Origin: Vicugna vicugna
Taxonomy: Eukaryota
Direction: 5' to 3'
NCBI GenBank assembly: GCA_013265495.1
Contig: MU058718.1
Span: forward strand, 2,875,779 to 2,939,778
Length of the DNA stretch: 64,000 bases
In this document: positions 56,832 to 64,000 of the stretch, piece after piece
How positions within the stretch are numbered: position 1 is the first letter of the stretch
Layout of the letters: each line of letters starts with the position of its first letter
Made by a program: the position numbers and the translations under genes
Notes under the pieces: model-generated
Seen by the model: the letters and a program-made list of their open reading frames with translations, nothing else
What the model was told of the DNA's origin: nothing
The model's database searches: none

Positions 56832-57205
56832 GTTCACTCATTCATTCAGCATATATGCCTTAAACACCTATGTGCCAAGGGTTGTTGTAAGTGTTGAGTA
56901 CAGAGCACCAAACAGAACAAATATCCTACTCTAATGGAGATACATAGACAATATATAATGTAGATGGTGATATGCACTACAAAGAAAAATACACCCAGAG
57001 CAAGTGTGGGAGTTGATGACAATAAGATGGTAGTGTGGATGCTATTTCATGAAGGGTTGTCATGGGAAGCACTTCTGATAAGCCGACATTTGAGCAGATA
57101 CCAGAATTAAGAGAGGCATGTAATTTATTTCCTTCCTTCCTTCCCTCTAGCCATCCATCCACCCAAGGGAAGAGTTTTCCAAGTAGAGGGGACAACAAAT
57201 GCCAA
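56832..57205 (-). mobile_element. L2 3' end
   Basis: ttcactcattcattcagc...cacctatgtgccaagg. Confidence 0.7.
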
Positions 57206-57689
57206 GGTTCACATACTCTTCAGAAGAGGCAAGATAGCAATGCTATCATACTTACTGTGTGCCAAGGGCTGATGTTAGGTACTCATGGTATATTAAAGCA
57301 AATCACCGACTCTTTGCCATGCTTCCCATTGAGAGGCAGAATCTATTTCCTCTTCCTTTGAATCTGGGCTGGCCCTGTGACCAGCTAATGCTCAGTCAGA
57401 AATTCTGCCTCACGGACAACTCACTTGTGCAAACAATGTGTCTGTTATTCTGAAGCACTACCTCTACACTAACGCTCAGCTCAGTAGCTTGCAGTTGTTC
57501 TTTTTCTTGTCTATCTCCTTTATTCAGATCTTCTTAGAGCAGGGTCACTAGCTATGTGGGTATGTGTGTGAATGTGTGTGCATGCATGTGTCAGTGTGTA
57601 TTTTTAATCTCCAATGGCAGGCACATATGTTCATTAAAGGTGGGTTGTTTGGCTTACTACACACATGTCCTTGGACAAGGAAGATTCTC

Positions 57690-57913
57690 CAGTGGGGTTT
57701 CTTAACCTTGGCACTATTGACATTATGAGCCAGATATTCTTTGTAGAAAGGGGCTGTCCTGAGCACTGTAGGGTGTTCAGCAGCATCCCTGGTCTCTACC
57801 CACTAGATGTCAGGAGAATCCCTTCACCTCCCAGTTGTGACAACCCAAAACATCTTTGAACATTGCCAAATGTCAACCTGGGGGCAAAATCACCCACCAC
57901 TAAGAACCAACTG
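57690..57913. mobile_element. MER20 hAT DNA transposon
   Basis: cagtgg..cttaaccttggcactattgacatt...cagcatccctggtctctacccactagatg...gaaccaactg, near full length. Confidence 0.88.
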
Positions 57914-59093
57914 CTGAGAACAAGTTTCCTTATAGAGTCACTATGGGGCTACTTTTTACCATCCAGCTGTTTTTTAAGTAGTAGTACAACTCTTACTAAA
58001 CACACACTTTCCCACTAGAGGTTAGCAATTGAGTTCCAAACTCAGAAATCTGGCTTGAACCTTTAAGTGAAAAGTTTCAACCTCTTGAATGTCTAATGAC
58101 CTCTATCTTCACAACAGCTTTGAAGTTTAGCCTTCTTGAAACTTCAGTTTTTATTGGAGTGTACTGCCAAACTTCTCATGTAAGTAGACTTCCGTTATTA
58201 CTAGGTACTTGTTACTGGAGAGTCCTATATTTTGATCCTAGTACCTAGAAATATAAACACTGACCTGGAAACAAATGATACCTGATTTTTAATTTTTCTG
58301 TATACACTGTATTATGAGGATTTTTTTTCTTAAGGTCATTTGCTTAAAGACTCATTTTGGAACCAAAGAATTATTTTCCTCATTTAATTTGAAGAGTAAA
58401 TAAATTGAACACTTTCTACTTCATGGCCAGTTTTGCAGTTATTGTTTTATCTAAAGAAGAAAGTAGCTGACATCTATCAACTATCTAAAGCCAAATCCTC
58501 TGGAAAGAACATCAGATTCTTTGCTGCTCTCTCCTACCTCTGACCATTGTTACATAGATAAATGAGGGACTGTGAAAAGCTTAACATCACCTCCTATACG
58601 GTTGAACCTCAGATGTTTAGAGACAATATGGACAGAATACTGATTAAGAAGATAGATTTAATGTGCCCAATCAGTCAAACCTGAATCCTACTCTAGATTC
58701 TACAATGTGAGCTGTATGTGGGCAAGGAACCTAATCTCTGAGTCTGACTCCTCTTCTGTAAAATCTGTACTATTGGCCTACTAGGATTATTGGTCAGATT
58801 AAGTGAGACAATACATATAAAGCATTAGATATCAAGTTGTTGGTGGCGGGGATGTTCATTAAAATAACAGTCATGAGTTGCCAGGTCATGAGAAGACACA
58901 TCTACCACTGACTGCCAAAAAATACATATCACATAGAGATCAAGAATTTAGAGCCAGATACAGAAACTGGGCTAAACTCTGGGATGTCTACATTGAGGAG
59001 GAGAAGTTAAGTATATTGTTGCTTGTAAGTGGGACAGCTGCACTGTATTATGTATTGAAAAAGAGGAAGTGTGAAAGAGTACGTAGGTTCAAA

Positions 59094-59651
59094 TGTGTGC
59101 TTGTTGACCAAATGATGGAATGTAAGAAACATCTGTTTTCATCTGCTTGGTACCATCTCCCCACTGGGGAGTGCCCCTCTCCCATTTGGTATTTCTAGTG
59201 GGGCTATCAATCACAGTGTGTCCCCTACTCTGGAAGGGTGAAGAGATGATGGAGGGTAGGGCTGTGACTCAAGGCTGACCAGAGTATGCCATTCTTCAGT
59301 CACAGTGCTTGGTCTACAGGATGAACATATAAGACAAGCAAGGCTAGAATCCCTCCATGAGATCTATTATACAAATGCTGATATGGAGAGGGCTGCTCAT
59401 CTCTTTGGATTACTATTTGTGAGAATGAGATGAGCCTGTTATTGCTGGTAATCACCTTTACATGGTAAGAACTTTCCTGAAGAAGGAAGTCATCACAGAG
59501 GAAAGAGAAGCTCAGAAAGCATCCTGATTACATCATTTGAACCGCCACATCTAGCTGTATCTGAAGCCAGAGACTGTTCCTAAGAATTCCCACACAGTGA
59601 GATCGTCAGCTAATTCTGCCACTTGCAACTGAATGAGTCCTTTCTAACACA
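59094..59651 (+). mobile_element. MLT1 (MaLR) solo LTR
   Basis: TG...CA ends; terminus ccacttgcaactgaatgagtcctttctaacaca. Confidence 0.7.
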
Positions 59652-60594
59652 GCCCATCTGAACAAGCTGATTTACTGCTTGATACATTCATTCATTAATT
59701 CACCAACTGTCTACTATCACTAGCTACCAACATTAGTATTTATTTGAGAAAAAACATAGCTCTAAGTTTTAAAGTTTCTCTCCATTCTACAACAAAGGAG
59801 AACATTTTCTATGATGAATATTCACCATTAGCAAAGACCTGAAAGGCAAAAAAAAAAAATCTGAGCAACTGAAAAGTTCAGGTGGTTGAGTTGCTGTTCA
59901 GACACTACCGTTCTCCAAGAACACTATATACAGCAAGTGATTTATAGGTATAATGCATAAATTCATTTAAGGTAAACATAGTACACAGGGCAATTAATTC
60001 ATAACCGTAACTTTCAGGAATATCTCATCTTGAATATTAATCTGTAGGTGAATAGTCATCTCTTATTAAAGACTACTATGTTTTCTTTACTGAATTGTGC
60101 CGAATATGCTTTTATTGTGTTGTTCATTTGTAATAAATTACAGTAGCTGAAAAAAAATGCTTTTTCTGCAAACAAAATAGCTAGGAAGCATCAATGATAT
60201 ATAATCTAGGAATTGGTCAGTTTACAGTATAGTAGTAGCAATTTTAGTAAAAATAGCTCTAATTTGGGTCCTATTCATAAATTAGGTAAGGGGAAAATCA
60301 TTAAGCTACTTATCGAATGCAATCTAATATGGACTATAACCTGACTATAACATCATTACACCATACAGCTATAAGTAGCTGTGTATGTCACACAAAACGC
60401 AGTTATTGTAATATATAGTAATTGCATGTAAAGTGTGCAAATATGTAAATATGTATTTATCTATTTTAAATATGTAAGTATATGTATGTATTTTACATAT
60501 ACAGCATATTATATAAAATATGTACATATAATACAAGTAACAATTACACTTGAAATGTAATTATTTAATCGGTTGAAAGGTTAAATTTGCAAAG

Positions 60595-60770
60595 AGGCAC
60601 TATAACGTGCTGCTTAAGCTTGGACTCTGCAGCCAGGCTGCTCTGATTCGGATCCCAGCACTGACACTTGCCATTTGGGTGCCCTTGGGCAAGTCTCCTT
60701 ACATCCTTGTGTCCATTTTTTTCATCTCTGAAATGGAATTGTTGCAAAGATTATTAAATGGGTTACTCGT
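60595..60770 (+). mobile_element. MIR SINE
   Basis: ggactctgcagccagg...ccttgggcaagt...tcatctctgaaatgg. Confidence 0.75.
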
Positions 60771-62159
60771 TTACTACCAGGTCACAATACTGACTTCCTA
60801 ATATATGGTGGCCATAACCTATGTATTGTCATTAATCATATCTTGAGTTCTACAAGAAACAGTGTTTTTCTCCTATTAGTAGCTATTGGATTGTTTCATT
60901 TTTGTATTTAACTAATGAGATTTGCAGCACTTTGAAGCTGGGAATGGAAAAGAACCTTCCAACAAAAGTGCACATGAATTGGTACCAAGTAATGCTCATC
61001 ATACTCTAATGAATAAAATTCTATAGCTAGTCTTTGGCTAGCTATATAGCCAAGAAAAAGGAGAAAAGGGATAATATAAGAAAGACAGGCAAAGAAGCTT
61101 TATATTGCAATACAGAGAAAAACTGGTGAAATCGATGTACATATAAAATGTAGTTAGCAGTATAAATCACTGCAACCAACATGACTCTGTAGTAAGAATC
61201 ATAAAAATGCTTATACCTTTCGATTCAGTAAACCAACTGCAGGGAATGTATAAGAAGGAATATAATTCAACCAAAGCAATCACATTTTTGATCAAAAGTA
61301 ATAATGAACCATTATCCATCAGAGTACGAACTGGGGGAAAAAATCTAAACAGTCTAACAACAGGAATGGATTAGAAAATTACAGTATATCAAAAATAATA
61401 TCAATAATAAAAAACACCATTTACTGAGCACACTCCCCCAAATCACAAATACCTCCAGAGCCAAAAATTATCCTGTTTCATTATGTTTTTAGAACAGAAT
61501 TTGCAAGAATAAAGTAAAGAAATCCCCTAAATAAAAGAGGTTAAGGGGGAAGAAAGAAAGAAAATAAAGAAAAAGATCACAAGTTTTTGTTAGTCAATGA
61601 ACAAGCATAAACCAACTAGTACTCACTTTATTGACTCAATTACAGACATAAAGTAAAGAGTAATGATAGCAGTGGTACTCAAGGAAATGAAACCACCACT
61701 TTTTTTTAATGCTTGATATTAAAAACATATTTCTGCAAAGCACCATTCTGGTTATACGCTCCCTAAGCAGAACAGTAGTAAACATAATTCTGTTAATCAA
61801 CAATTACACTGGCCTCCCTCCTGGAATTCATAAAAGAAGTAGTGGGGAATCTTCAGAGTTATTTTAAATATTTCAAAGTCTGATAAAATTAGCATATAAT
61901 ATCTCAAGGGAAATTAAAAGATCACTCAAATAATTTCAGCATCATTTTTAAGTGCTTATTTTGATAGCACAGTTTTACCTGCCAGATTAAAAAAAAAAGA
62001 AAACAAATGACTTAATTTATTTTGATAGACAATCTTTCCAAATATAAGACCCAAGGAAGGTTGGGGAGAGGAAGAATAACAAAAATGATCCTCAGTGGTC
62101 GAAAGGTTGGGATAGATTTAGTCGCTATATATACATTTAAAAATAATCTGAGTAAGAAA

Positions 62160-62845
62160 AAAACCCCTTCCATCTCATCCATCGTTCTAGTGGCCTTCTC
62201 CTCTGCCATACCTCCTCACTGTTCTCTCCTGGATTTCTAAATGTTCTGCTTGCCTCATTCTTTAAATCTGCCACCCCCACAATGCTGCCAGGGTGACCTC
62301 ACTAAACTGTACACTTGATCTTGCACCTCACACCCCCGCTCACATTCTTCAGTGCTACAGCACCTCTATAGGATAACACCTCAACTCTACAGCACAGCAA
62401 TCTCTCACAACCAGGTTCCCTCCTTCTCAGTGTGACTGTTCTCCAACTCATGTTTTATATTACTGCAGTTCTTTTCCTCATGGTTCCCTGAACAAGTCTT
62501 GCTCTCATATTTCCATACTTTGGACCATGGTGTTTCCTCCGCCTATAATACCCTCCTTGCACATTATTCTACCCACCACCCACCTCCAAGAAAGAAAAGT
62601 AAAATATTTTCGTTCTCCCTGGAAAACACAAGACACTGGTCTGTGCAGCACGTCCCTACATCAGCAGGCGGCTGAGGGGCATTCCTCCTGCACTCTCTTC
62701 CCCTGGTACTTGTCAGGAAGTCTGTCTCCTCAAAGAGGACTGGAATCTCCTCAAGGCTAGGATCTGCCAGCATCTCTATGATTCTAATGCCTGGAGTAGG
62801 ACTGGGTCTGTAACAGGCACCCAGTAAGGTGTGCTGAATAGATTA
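62160..62845 (+). mobile_element. L2 3' portion
   Basis: Pyrimidine-rich body ending aacaggcacccagtaaggtgtgctgaatag. Confidence 0.7.
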
Positions 62846-62954
62846 CTTAGAAATTTACCAGAAATGTGAATGAATTCCCTAGCAGAATCTGAAAAAAAAG
62901 GGGCACATATTAGCTTATTGCAAAACAGAAACAGACTCACATACATAGAACTTT

Positions 62955-63320
62955 AAATAATCTAAAGCCTAGAAGTAGGATGAGTGAGCCTGCAGTTTGA
63001 CATGTCATCCAGGACCTAGTTTCTTCCTGGTACCTTGGAATCACCACACCTTAAAGTTGACATCTCTCAGAGTAGTCAAATAAACAAGAATGCAGAGGCA
63101 AACGAGAGTGCTGATACTCATCCTGACTGGATGTCTTCGGTTATAAGCACCCTGTCACTGGGCAGGGGCATGGAATAGTTTGATTAGTTGAAGCCATTCC
63201 GGGCCCACCTCCAGCTAGTAGGATCAACTTCCCCTGAAGTACGTGGACATCAAAACAAAAACCTGGGTACCTTTGGGAAGTTGGGAGATGAGAGGAGATG
63301 CTAGATAAGCAGCCAGCAAG
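62955..63320 (-). mobile_element. MLT1-like LTR fragment
   Basis: atgtcatccaggacctagtttcttcc...gatcaacttcccc pattern. Confidence 0.5.
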
Positions 63321-63739
63321 AAGAACAAAGGCAATAGTAAAATTCATGAATTTTAAACCAAAGAAACTTGATTTTTTCATACCCATCTGTATTCAGAAGT
63401 CATATCAGGTTTAGCAACCAGGCACAAAAATTCCTTTCGACCAAGACGAATTTCTAGCATGACATCGCCAACAAAAAGTGCTGTTCTCAGGGAAAATCCT
63501 CCAACTTAGAAGCATCTGCTTCTAATTTCTACAATGAAATCTTTGATTCCTTCATTCATGGGACTTACACTCAATTCCCTCTGACACAGGAACTGCAGCT
63601 TTTTAGATAATAATTTTGCTGTGAAATTCTCATTATCTGGTGGTAGTATATGGTGCTCTTTAAAGACTGAATTAAGCATCTGGGAAGTTGCTAGCTTTCT
63701 TATAACACTGCAAAAGGAGTTTTCATGTTATGAAATAGT

Positions 63740-64000
63740 TCTTAATAACAAGAGTGAAATAAATGTACAAACTGGAAATGCAAAAGTCTATTGGCAGTAG
63801 ACTAGATAAATAAATTATGGTACATTAAAACAATTCAGCAGCAAACATTAATGGACTACAGCTACATATTAACAAGTATGAATCTCAGAATCAGTGCTGA
63901 ACAAAAAAAGCCAAGTTGCAGAATATATGCTATGATTCTTTTCCATGAATAGAAAGCTCAAAAACAGGCAACCAAACAATGATTCATTATACATATATAT
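63740..64000 (+). mobile_element. Old L1 3' fragment running off the window
   Basis: gataaataaattatggtacatt...atgaatctcagaatcagtgctgaacaaaaaaagccaagttgcaga. Confidence 0.7.

Noticed and set aside
52610..64000. FRMD6 promoter or first exon
   Set aside because: AT-rich, TE-laden and without a CpG island, consistent with the first intron.

Overview
Mammalian genomic DNA, most likely a camelid, because it contains two copies of the camelid Vic-1-type tRNA-derived SINE plus cetartiodactyl-type L1 3' ends. The window holds the whole coding region of FRMD6 (Willin, a FERM-domain, Expanded-related Hippo regulator) on the minus strand. I assembled 13 coding exons from ATG 52462 to TAA 19784. All introns are GT-AG, phases are consistent, and the total is 1869 nt (622 aa; 614 aa with an alternative donor). 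A ~2.7 kb 3' UTR ends near 17070. The promoter and first exon lie beyond the right edge. Positions 1-17000 are downstream intergenic DNA rich in old transposons (ERV1 LTRs, L1, L2, MIR, MER, MLT). I found no evidence for a new multi-gene system, and nearly all track ORFs outside the exons are noise or TE remnants. The best leads are regulatory: an exon-start donor that would give an in-frame re-spliced isoform, a duplicated TSG degron-like motif, stacked uORFs with a stop-start overlap, a proximal poly(A) signal next to miR-17/130 sites, and an AP-1/TEAD motif cluster. Repeat boundaries and subfamily names are by-eye estimates; exon boundaries were counted base by base.
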